DNA from: a virus
DNA: 51,062 nt
Virus record (IMG/VR): IMGVR_UViG_3300015192_000001
Span: 1-51,062 of that record
Strand: one strand, 5' to 3'
Part shown: positions 35,087 to 41,848 of the stretch, one piece after another
Layout: the number at the start of each line of letters is the position of its first letter
Position numbering within the stretch: position 1 is the first letter of the stretch
Notes under the pieces: generated by a model
The model's input: the letters and a program-made list of their open reading frames with translations, nothing else
What the model was told of the DNA's origin: nothing
Databases searched by the model: none
Program-made: the position numbers and the translations under genes

Positions 35087-35838
35087 TCGACCTCGTCGTA
35101 GCCTCAGCAGCCAAGACCACCGGACGCTACCTCAGAACAGCCCTCTCTACACTCAATGTAGGGGTCGGTGCAAGCACCAAGCGTGTGAGCTACGGCGTAC
35201 CGCTGCATGTTCCTCATGGCTCCTCGGCCCTCAACGCCAACGCAGGTCGGCTCGACAAGTTCGAGCAGATGAAGAAGCTTAACTCTGCGGGAATCACCGT
35301 GCCCCTGTTCTGGCTTCCAGGACAGACGCCGTCTAAGTTCCCGCTTCTCGCGAGAAAGAGGCATCACAAGGGAGGTACCGACATCATGCCCGTCTTCATG
35401 GCAGAGGAGATGTCATGGCGCGTCCTCGCAGGTGCTGAATTCTTCGTGGAGTACATCCCGTGGCAGGCGGAGTATCGCACATGGATATTCCGCTCAGCTC
35501 ACCTGGGGACCGATCGCAAAGTCCTGACGAACCCGAGTCAGTACAAGAAGATCGGATGCAACGCAAAGAACGGGTTCACGTTCCAGACCGTCCACCAAGA
35601 CGATGTCCCAAGGGCAGCCGTCGAAGCCGCCATGAGGTCAATCCACACACTTGACCTTGACTTCGGCGCAGTAGACATTCTTCTTGGCAAGGACAGTCGA
35701 TACTACGTGCTTGAGGTAAACACGGCCCCCGGGGTCGAGAGCGCAGAGCGCAGGCTACTCCGCTCCCTCGCACAGAAGATCGCCAACTGGAACGCCAACC
35801 CGGTCGAACGTCGCAAAACCTACACACCGACCATCTAA
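35083..35838 (+). CDS. ATP-grasp (RimK-like) amide ligase, 251 aa
   Basis: Motifs: DKFEQMKKLNSAGITVP, RKRHHKGGTD, EYRTWIF and LDLDFGAVDILLGKDSRYYVLEVNTAPG. Confidence 0.7.
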   Translation: MIDLVVASAAKTTGRYLRTALSTLNVGVGASTKRVSYGVPLHVPHGSSALNANAGRLDKFEQMKKLNSAGITVPLFWLPGQTPSKFPLLARKRHHKGGTDIMPVFMAEEMSWRVLAGAEFFVEYIPWQAEYRTWIFRSAHLGTDRKVLTNPSQYKKIGCNAKNGFTFQTVHQDDVPRAAVEAAMRSIHTLDLDFGAVDILLGKDSRYYVLEVNTAPGVESAERRLLRSLAQKIANWNANPVERRKTYTPTI

Positions 35839-35902
35839 ATCATGCTACCACACAAGCATAGTCATGATATCATTCGGAGCAGACTCGATAAGGAGAATGC
35901 TC

Positions 35903-36355
35903 ATGCCAAAGGTTCTGAAGATCTCCTTGCTGGAACAAATCTTGGGCAAGACTCAAACAGAGGAACTGTTGAAGAAAGCTGGGAGTCTGACGGAGACGGC
36001 TGGGAGAACTATTACGGCGGATACGGTCCAGGCTACCAAGCGGTATCTCGAGTGGCTTGCAACCCACGGCCAAAAGCCAGCTTCGTATACGCCGAAGCAA
36101 AGAAGACAGGACCGGATCGCATGGCAGAGAGTAGCGGAGCGGATGCTAATGTCCAACGCCCCGGCTCAACGCCTTATGGCTACGTACCTGAAAGCGGGGA
36201 CGACGACAGCGAATACTGACGTCGCCATACCGTGCCCTAAATGCGGTGTGCCACAACTCGTCCACGGCCTCGACATCCATCTCAGCAGGACGCACGGCAT
36301 AAGAGGCCCGCATTACGGCAAGGGTAAAAAGAGCAGTGGAGCCCAATCACGCTAG
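35903..36355 (+). CDS. Hypothetical protein, 150 aa, with a C-terminal C2H2-like zinc finger
   Basis: ATG 7 nt after AAGGAG. Finger sequence is CPKCGVPQLVHGLDIHLSRTH. The stop lies within TAGCTAGCTAA, which stops all three frames. Confidence 0.55.
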   Translation: MPKVLKISLLEQILGKTQTEELLKKAGSLTETAGRTITADTVQATKRYLEWLATHGQKPASYTPKQRRQDRIAWQRVAERMLMSNAPAQRLMATYLKAGTTTANTDVAIPCPKCGVPQLVHGLDIHLSRTHGIRGPHYGKGKKSSGAQSR

Positions 36356-36504
36356 CTAGCTAAAGTACTAACCCGGCGATATAGCCATACCTGAACCGCA
36401 GCGTCGCTGCACTGAAGGTTTGTTGCTTGCCGTAACGCACTTCAGTATGGAATAGCGGCCGGGCTTGGCTGGGAGGCGATCTCCCCAGCACACAGCTCAG
36501 TCTC

Positions 36505-36577
36505 ACGGGGCAATCGTTCAGCGGCAGGACCCTGGGTTGTGAACCCGGCAAGGCAGGTCCAACTCCTGCGTGCCCCT
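36505..36577 (+). promoter_or_regulatory. Structured 5' leader candidate: nested helices with a GNRA-capped hairpin, ending 5 nt before an SD
   Basis: Outer helix ACGGGGCA/TGCCCCT. Inner helix GGACC/GGTCC. Hairpin CTGGGTT-GTGA-AACCCGG. Then cagAAAGGActtccaATG. Confidence 0.35.
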
Positions 36578-36592
36578 CAGAAAGGACTTCCA

Positions 36593-36739
36593 ATGTCTTA
36601 CCTCACCGGTCTTTCCGATCGCCTAATGGACATCGCCTACCACACCAAGAACCAGTACGAAAGCGAGACAATCCAAGAGGCAGCAGAAGCAATCAAGAAA
36701 CTCGACCCAATAAAGCCAAAGGGCTTCCACAAACAGTGA
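36593..36739 (+). CDS. Small protein, 48 aa
   Basis: ATG after AAAGGA. The track ORF 36539..36739 has an unlikely upstream extension. Confidence 0.5.
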   Translation: MSYLTGLSDRLMDIAYHTKNQYESETIQEAAEAIKKLDPIKPKGFHKQ

Positions 36740-37158
36740 GCAAGATCTACGTCATCGGATCACTCCGCAATCCTGAGATCCCCACAGTCGCCAAAACCTT
36801 GAGAGAGGCAGGCTACGAAGTCTTCGATGACTGGTACGCCGCAGGCCCGATCGCTGACGACTCGTGGCAGGCCTACGAAAAGGCCAGGGGACGCAACTAC
36901 CAGGAAGCCCTGCAAGGCTATGCAGCCAATCACGTCTACGCATTCGACTACAGCCACCTTGTCACGTCAGACATAGCCGTGCTGGTCACCCCAGCAGGCA
37001 AGTCAGGACATCTCGAATTCGGATACTTCAAGGGACTCGGGCGACCCGGCTACATCCTGCTAGACAAGGAACCAGATCGCTGGGACGTCATGTACAAATT
37101 CGCAACCGGCGTCGTCTTCAGTATGGACGAGCTGATGCAGAAACTAGGAAATCAGTAG
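36736..37158 (+). CDS. Nucleoside 2-deoxyribosyltransferase-like protein, 140 aa
   Basis: GTGA coupling. KIYVIGSL N-terminal strand. Motif SDIAVLVTPAGKSGHLEFGYFKGLGRPGYIL. Confidence 0.55.
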   Translation: MSKIYVIGSLRNPEIPTVAKTLREAGYEVFDDWYAAGPIADDSWQAYEKARGRNYQEALQGYAANHVYAFDYSHLVTSDIAVLVTPAGKSGHLEFGYFKGLGRPGYILLDKEPDRWDVMYKFATGVVFSMDELMQKLGNQ

Positions 37159-37275
37159 ATGAGCGGTGTTCGCGTCCTATGGGTCATTCGGTTCTTCCGT
37201 TGGTACATCGCAGCAGGTGCGAACGGAAGCGGGTACACACGGATAATCGCTGGTCGCAACAGGGGGGCGAAGTGA
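37159..37275 (+). CDS. Small ORF, 38 aa
   Basis: TAGATG junction. Sequence MSGVRVLWVIRFFRWYIAAGANGSGYTRIIAGRNRGAK*. Confidence 0.35.
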   Translation: MSGVRVLWVIRFFRWYIAAGANGSGYTRIIAGRNRGAK

Positions 37276-37403
37276 GACACCGACACCGCTACGGAAACTC
37301 GGTACACCTCGAATGGCTCCATGACTGGCGGGAGTTGCTGCGCTGCCCCTGCGGGATGCTCTGGATACGAGCGGCTCTCAACAAGGAGACGAAGTGCAAG
37401 TAA
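37272..37403 (+). CDS. Small ORF, 43 aa, ending ...WIRAALNKETKCK
   Basis: GTGA junction after GGGGGGCGAA. Corresponds to the tail of track ORF 36864..37403. Confidence 0.35.
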   Translation: MRHRHRYGNSVHLEWLHDWRELLRCPCGMLWIRAALNKETKCK

Positions 37404-37495
37404 TCGGAATCGGCGTTCTCATCGGACTGGTCATTGTCGCCGCCGTGTGGCTCGTCGCGGACATCCGGGCGGCTCTCAACAAGGAGGCGAAGTAG
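37394..37495 (+). CDS. Small membrane peptide, 33 aa, ending ...DIRAALNKEAK
   Basis: GTG after AAGGAGACGAA. Sequence VQVIGIGVLIGLVIVAAVWLVADIRAALNKEAK*. Confidence 0.4.
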   Translation: MQVIGIGVLIGLVIVAAVWLVADIRAALNKEAK

Positions 37496-37690
37496 ATGAG
37501 CGACCCCGCTCGGTGCGAATGCGGCCATGTCGAGTCTGACCATCGCAGCATCCCGCCCTATTACTGCCAGTCGGGACTGCTTGTGGGCAACCCCTGCGAG
37601 TGCCCCGTGTTCATCGAGGAGAACGCCGACAGGCTCAACGCCGAGTACGAAGCCCAGAAGGCTGACGACAATCGGGAGGCCATGCGATGA
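37496..37690 (+). CDS. Hypothetical Cys/His-rich protein, 64 aa
   Basis: TAGATG junction after AAGGAGGCGAAG. Confidence 0.6.
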   Translation: MSDPARCECGHVESDHRSIPPYYCQSGLLVGNPCECPVFIEENADRLNAEYEAQKADDNREAMR

Positions 37691-38127
37691 CCGACCCGAC
37701 ACTCCCTGAGCGACTGGAAGCGCACTCCGATTTGCTGGTCAGTATCACCGGATGGCCGAACGAGAACCGCTACAAGGCCGGCGAACTGCTCAGCGAAGCC
37801 GCCGCCGCACTGCGGCAGTTGGAGCAGGAGCGGAACGAGGAGCAGTCCGGTCGAAACTCAGCCGAGGCCAATGGCGTCATTCTCCGCGCTGATAACGCCA
37901 ATCTCACCGCTCGCATCACCGAGCTGGAAGGGGCGCTCCTCGCGTCGCCAAAGGGTGTCACAAGTCGCGCCATCCAAGAACTGGACGACGAACTGACATA
38001 CGCGGACGCTGCCCTCGACGCCTCAAGCGAGCCGAAGGAGTGTCCGATCAGGCCCATGACCGACAACGAGAAGGCGTGGGTGGAACGGGCGACAATCCGC
38101 CTCCACCCGAATCGGAAGGCGAAGTGA
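37687..38127 (+). CDS. Hypothetical coiled-coil protein, 146 aa
   Basis: ATGA coupling upstream and GTGA downstream. Confidence 0.6.
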   Translation: MTDPTLPERLEAHSDLLVSITGWPNENRYKAGELLSEAAAALRQLEQERNEEQSGRNSAEANGVILRADNANLTARITELEGALLASPKGVTSRAIQELDDELTYADAALDASSEPKECPIRPMTDNEKAWVERATIRLHPNRKAK

Positions 38128-38642
38128 AGACATGGATCATCCGTGACTCCGGTGGCCTCTGGGGCAGCACCGATCACGCCACTGGCGTCATCTCAGCCCC
38201 CCCAGGCAACGACTACATCGCCACCGCCATTCGGGTTCACGAACTCCTTCACGCATGGACATCCAACCCCACCAAGCCAAAGGACCATGAGGAGGCCTTC
38301 TCTTGGCTGGAAGAAGCACGCATTGACTACCTAGTCAGCAAGCTCAGTCAACGATGCCACGCAGGCATCACACGCCACAGACAAATCGACGTAGACAACT
38401 GGGTCAAATACGGAGACCTCACACAACGATCCCGAGCTAAAGCCGTTCTCATTTCACGTGGCTACCGCATGGCCAACATCCTCGAAGGAATGCCAGAGGA
38501 TAAGCGATTCATCGGCAATCTACTCCGAGAGTTGAGCCACGAACCAACCTACCAAACAGTCGTAGAGCTCGCCATCGAGTTCGATGAACAGTACCCCCCA
38601 GAGGAGGACGACCTAAGCAACGTCAACATGGGCGTCGAATAA
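38124..38642 (+). CDS. HExxH metallopeptidase-like protein, 172 aa
   Basis: GTG after GGAAGGCGAA. Motif AIRVHELLHAW. The N-terminus of track ORF 38040..38642 overlaps the upstream gene. Confidence 0.5.
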   Translation: MKTWIIRDSGGLWGSTDHATGVISAPPGNDYIATAIRVHELLHAWTSNPTKPKDHEEAFSWLEEARIDYLVSKLSQRCHAGITRHRQIDVDNWVKYGDLTQRSRAKAVLISRGYRMANILEGMPEDKRFIGNLLRELSHEPTYQTVVELAIEFDEQYPPEEDDLSNVNMGVE

Positions 38643-38670
38643 CAGAGGAGTACCAATGCTAAGAAAGTAA

Positions 38671-38698
38671 TTGACTCCACTACAACCATCCATACAAT
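38671..38698 (+). promoter_or_regulatory. Candidate promoter: TTGACT, 16-nt spacer, TACAAT
   Basis: Read directly, between the HExxH gene and the last plus-strand ORF. Confidence 0.5.
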
Positions 38699-38731
38699 CC
38701 TTCTATCCAAGATGGAAGAAGGAGCGTAGAT

Positions 38732-38971
38732 GTGGGGTCTCGTACTAATAGGACTAGCAGCTTGGTGGATCGTAGAGGGCTATCAGCAGAAGAAGCGGCA
38801 GAAGGCACATTCGTTGTTGAAGACGACCGGGGCAACCTCGAAGAATTCAACAACATCATAGAAGCCAGAATGCACATGGGTTGGCTTGTCCAGGTCGCAA
38901 ACCAAGACAACACCCAGGTCCGCCTATTGAAGCTGATCAACTTCCACGTACTCCCCAAGATCTCTGTATAG
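38732..38971 (+). CDS. Hypothetical protein, 79 aa, start uncertain. It is fully overlapped at its 5' end by a 43-aa TM ORF at 38730..38861.
   Basis: GAAGGAG lies 6 nt before the ATG at 38730 (MWGLVLIGLAAWWIVEGYQQKKRQK...). The GTG at 38732 opens the longer frame, whose 3' two-thirds has the genome's typical C-ending codons. Confidence 0.4.
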   Translation: MGSRTNRTSSLVDRRGLSAEEAAEGTFVVEDDRGNLEEFNNIIEARMHMGWLVQVANQDNTQVRLLKLINFHVLPKISV

Positions 38972-38979
38972 CAAGAAGC

Positions 38980-39010
38980 GGGGGCCGGATGAAACCCGAC
39001 CCCCACCTTT
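38980..39010 (+). terminator. Imperfect GC-rich hairpin followed by TTTT
   Basis: GGGGGCCGG-atgaaac-CCGACCCCC, then accTTTT. Confidence 0.45.
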
Positions 39011-39014
39011 TATA

Positions 39015-39038
39015 CCCCCAAACACAAGGGGGTTTTTT
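39015..39038 (+). terminator. Intrinsic terminator: CCCCC-aaacacaa-GGGGG followed by TTTTTT
   Basis: Read directly at the convergence point of the two arms. Confidence 0.75.
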
Positions 39039-39082
39039 ACTGTTTAGACGCATCCACCCCGCCCCCGCCGGACCAACTTTGC

Positions 39083-39409
39083 TTATCCGACGATGTCAGT
39101 GTCGTACTGTGCTGCACGTGGATCACCATACTCAGCAAAGGCCTTTCGTACTGGACGTTCTGGCTCGGCTTGAAGTGTCTTGTACGTTGTTGACGCGATC
39201 TTCTTAGTGGCCAGCCTTCGTGCAAAAACTGCGACTGCGGCACCAATGATGTATTGCAGGTCGATGTGGAACGCCGACAGGAGTACTGCCAGACCCACCA
39301 CGCCAACGCCGGCCGCGATCTCCGTGCCCCAAAAGTCCCACAGGTAGACCTTCCAGAAGGCGTCCTTGACTCGGGCTGTGCTTACTCGCTTGGTAGGACT
39401 ATCGGGCAT
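39083..39409 (-). CDS. Membrane protein, 108 aa. Last gene of the minus arm.
   Basis: Two hydrophobic segments (IAAGVGVVGLAVLLSAF, IIGAAVAVFA). Confidence 0.6.
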   Translation of the reverse strand: MPDSPTKRVSTARVKDAFWKVYLWDFWGTEIAAGVGVVGLAVLLSAFHIDLQYIIGAAVAVFARRLATKKIASTTYKTLQAEPERPVRKAFAEYGDPRAAQYDTDIVG

Positions 39410-39641
39410 TCTGTTTCCCCTCGAGAATGAGATTGATCAACACGGCCTCGAACGGATAGGACTTCGTCTCCCCCGAGGTTGCTGCTGTGGCCTCCCACTC
39501 GGCAGCGGTCACCGTGGCTCTCTTACCATCGCCCTCGAGCTCCGACAGGGCTGTTGCGGCGTGCATGGCCACGGCCTCGCGGTATCGCATGACTCGCAAT
39601 GCCGCCCATTCAAGGAACCGCTCGTACGGCTCGTTAAGCAT
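39399..39641 (-). CDS. Hypothetical protein, 80 aa (C-terminal part of track ORF 39399..39938)
   Basis: ATG at 39641, 9 nt after GAGGA. The upstream 99 codons of the track ORF are Ser/Thr/Pro-rich and overlap the HNH frame. Confidence 0.5.
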   Translation of the reverse strand: MLNEPYERFLEWAALRVMRYREAVAMHAATALSELEGDGKRATVTAAEWEATAATSGETKSYPFEAVLINLILEGKQNAR

Positions 39642-39654
39642 GTCGATGAGATCC

Positions 39655-39864
39655 TCATACCCCGACAACTCGGATGCGGTGTCGGGCGTTGTGGTGGACG
39701 AGGCAGAGGGCTTCCAAGTTACTGTCGATGTCCCCACCACCGCGTGAACGGAAGGTTCGATGGTGGATGGCTGAGGCGGGGGCTCCGCAAAGAACGGTTG
39801 AACCGTCCCCGTAAGAAACGGGAAACTCGCACTCTCCGTGCTCTCGCCGGTATCGTTCGACCAC
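39655..39864 (-). CDS. HNH endonuclease, 69 aa from the GTG. The frame is open and basic further upstream.
   Basis: Motifs: ECEF...LCG and IHHRTFRSRGGGDIDSNLEALCLVHHNARH. Confidence 0.65.
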   Translation of the reverse strand: MVERYRREHGECEFPVSYGDGSTVLCGAPASAIHHRTFRSRGGGDIDSNLEALCLVHHNARHRIRVVGV

Positions 39865-39934
39865 TGGTTTGTCAACGATTCGGCTGGGGCGTTTTCTGTG
39901 CTTCTTGCCGCTCTTCGGCTGGGGATTGAAGGTG

Positions 39935-40099
39935 TCATTTGGCGTACTTCTTCTCCTGCGCTTCTGCTCGTGGGGTGATAAACGGCTCAGTGAACTTCAC
40001 CTTGTCCGAGCAGAACGGGCATAGGTCTTCTTCGTCTGCAAGATGAATCGCCTGATTGCGATCAAGGATGATGTCGAAGTGCGTAACTGTTGCTGGCAT
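39935..40099 (-). CDS. Small protein, 54 aa (below the track cutoff)
   Basis: TAATG coupling upstream and ATGA downstream. Sequence MPATVTHFDIILDRNQAIHLADEEDLCPFCSDKVKFTEPFITPRAEAQEKKYAK*. Confidence 0.45.
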   Translation of the reverse strand: MPATVTHFDIILDRNQAIHLADEEDLCPFCSDKVKFTEPFITPRAEAQEKKYAK

Positions 40100-40461
40100 T
40101 AGGCGTCTACTCCCAGCTTGTGCAGTACGTCCTTCGCAGCTTCCTCGGGGAGCGACTCGATGATGAGTGCGAGGGAGATGGCGACATAGTTCAGGGCGTC
40201 CGCGGCGGTATCTAGGAGGGACTCATCTTTGACTTGTCCCGTTCCCCCCTGCTCGGCAAGGCGGATGAGTCGGGAGAACTTGTCCATGAGCCGGACCATG
40301 GCCCCGCGCCACGCTTCGACTCCGACGACTGCGGACTTGTGGAAGTTGGCAAAGGGGACTTCGGTCCCGGAGTAGTCGTTGCGCTTCGGGCCCATGATAT
40401 CGATCGCCTTCTTGAAGAGGTTCTCGTGAAGGGCTCGAGCCTGTTTCGGTGTAAGATGCAA
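40099..40461 (-). CDS. DUF1599-like or MazG-like all-alpha NTP-pyrophosphohydrolase-fold protein, 120 aa from the TTG
   Basis: TTG 6 nt after GGAAAGGA. Motifs: GPKRNDYSG, FANF, MVRLMDKFSRLIRL and ESLLDTAADALNYVAISLAL. The N-terminus of track ORF 40099..40644 looks non-coding. Confidence 0.5.
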   Translation of the reverse strand: MHLTPKQARALHENLFKKAIDIMGPKRNDYSGTEVPFANFHKSAVVGVEAWRGAMVRLMDKFSRLIRLAEQGGTGQVKDESLLDTAADALNYVAISLALIIESLPEEAAKDVLHKLGVDA

Positions 40462-40597
40462 ATTCGGTCCTTTCCGCAGGGTAGATACGGGACGTGGGTC
40501 TGGTAGATTCCGGGCCGTAGCGGGCCTCTCAGAGCCTCCCAGGGCCATTGGGTAATGGTCCCTGGGGTTCATGGGGCCTACGCCGACGAGCCCCCGC

Positions 40598-40732
40598 CTA
40601 GACGAGGTTGGTCGCGACCCACAGCGCAAGGCCGAGGGCCACAAGCTGGATGCGAGCGGGGACGTTAAACGTCGCGAGTGCGAATGCCACGAAGGCCGCG
40701 GCGAAGAGGATGAAGTGAAGGGACACTGTCAT
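40598..40732 (-). CDS. Small two-TM membrane peptide, 44 aa (below the track cutoff)
   Basis: TAATG coupling to the exonuclease gene. Sequence MTVSLHFILFAAAFVAFALATFNVPARIQLVALGLALWVATNLV*. Confidence 0.45.
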   Translation of the reverse strand: MTVSLHFILFAAAFVAFALATFNVPARIQLVALGLALWVATNLV

Positions 40733-41460
40733 TAGTTGCTTTCCTTTGCTGCATAGAGCTGTTTGCCAGCCCATGTCTTATCGAGTGGTCGACGATCCCA
40801 GCTACCACAGTTCTGGCAGTGGACACGCTGCTGGTCGTTCTTGATGTGAGTGACGTAGAGCCCCCGCTTTTGTAGGGCAGATACACCGCAGAAGCGGCAG
40901 GCGCCACTGTCCTGACGGTTGACGTATGGGTGGGTGCGGACGTACGGGCGAAGCTCGATGTAGACATCACGCAAGACTTCGATGTCTGCGATGTTGTGGA
41001 TCTCGATCTGTCGCAGGGCCTTCTGATTGCCAGCCATTGCTGCTTTCCAGAGACGGCCTTCGACGCCAGACTTCTCATGCGCGACCTGCGAGAAATACGC
41101 CACGTTCTGCATGGACTTCCGGCTGAGCGAGAAGTTGGACTTCGCGGTCCAGTAGATGTCGATGTGTGGTGTGTTCGGTAGCGGAGCCAGCTTGTACTCC
41201 AGCATCTTGCTGTTGAGGAACGGGATGTCGTAGCCCTTGCCGTAGTAGGACAGGAGTACGTCGATGTCCTGCATCTTCTTGGCAACGTCGTTGACGAGAT
41301 CCTCTTCATAGGTGAGGGGGTTCTTGTCACCGTACTGGGAGAGACTAAGCAGTTCGACCTTCTTCTTCCCAACGTCCCCGAAGGCAACGCAGAGAAGGAA
41401 GGCGAAGTCGGCCTTGAGGCCGGTTGCCTCGATATCAAAGGCAGTAATGTCTGCGGTCAT
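40732..41460 (-). CDS. DnaQ/RNase H-fold 3'-5' exonuclease (PolB-exo-like), 242 aa, with a C-terminal zinc ribbon
   Basis: Exo I: FDIEATGL. Exo II: SYYGKGYDIPFL. Exo III: HNIADIEVL. Zinc ribbon: CRFCG...CQNCG. Confidence 0.7.
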   Translation of the reverse strand: MTADITAFDIEATGLKADFAFLLCVAFGDVGKKKVELLSLSQYGDKNPLTYEEDLVNDVAKKMQDIDVLLSYYGKGYDIPFLNSKMLEYKLAPLPNTPHIDIYWTAKSNFSLSRKSMQNVAYFSQVAHEKSGVEGRLWKAAMAGNQKALRQIEIHNIADIEVLRDVYIELRPYVRTHPYVNRQDSGACRFCGVSALQKRGLYVTHIKNDQQRVHCQNCGSWDRRPLDKTWAGKQLYAAKESN

Positions 41461-41605
41461 TGGTCTCCTGCCAGCGGGACTTCATGTCGTCTGATCTTCA
41501 AACGCTGGGCCGGTCCCTCGATGGCGTACTTGATGCAGTACTCGTTGAAGGTCAGGCCTTGCCGCTGTGCATCTTCGCGAAGTAGTTTGTCTGCCGCGTC
41601 TTCCT

Positions 41606-41848
41606 CTACGAAGCGCGGGTGATAAGGCGCTTGAGTCGGCGCGAGACGCTCGATTGGTTCACTCCTAACATGTCCGCGATCTCAATTTGAGTCCGTCCCC
41701 CGTATAGAAAGACCAGCATTTCCTCATCGTCAAAGCTGCGGATTGCGTCAATGAGATCGAGGATGTAGATGTGGCGGGACTTGCCCACCTTGAGTCCTTC
41801 GGGACTTACGAGGTCAGTGCTCTTAAGCTGCGGGACGTATTTATCCAT
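41606..41848 (-). CDS. HTH DNA-binding protein, 80 aa (sigma-70 region 4 / LuxR-type helix-turn-helix)
   Basis: Motif GRTQIEIADMLGVNQSSVSRRLKR. Confidence 0.6.
   Translation of the reverse strand: MDKYVPQLKSTDLVSPEGLKVGKSRHIYILDLIDAIRSFDDEEMLVFLYGGRTQIEIADMLGVNQSSVSRRLKRLITRAS

Noticed and set aside
36505-36577. A tRNA or tmRNA-like gene, suggested by GGGTTGTGAACCC resembling a T arm and a GGGGCA/TGCCCC acceptor-like helix.
   Set aside because: The loop TTGTGAA lacks the conserved T-loop C56 and A58. No D arm or anticodon arm can be drawn, and the helix spacing is wrong. It is kept only as a generic structured leader.
39399-39938. The 179-aa ORF as a single protein.
   Set aside because: Its first 99 codons are Ser/Thr/Pro-rich and overlap the frame carrying a clear HNH motif. 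A proper SD and ATG at 39641 starts the plausible 80-aa C-terminal portion.
40665-41438. Many long alternative-frame or antisense track ORFs. Examples: 40665..41438, 17255..17626, 17332..17781, 8138..8641, 2819..3364, 3374..3766, 18294..18746, 25030..25569, 29098..29646 (N-terminal part), 31240..31708 and 48058..48459.
   Set aside because: They are Arg/Pro/Ser/Gly/Ala-rich shadow frames typical of GC-rich DNA. They are fully nested in longer ORFs with recognisable motifs and lack SD-like sequences at their starts.
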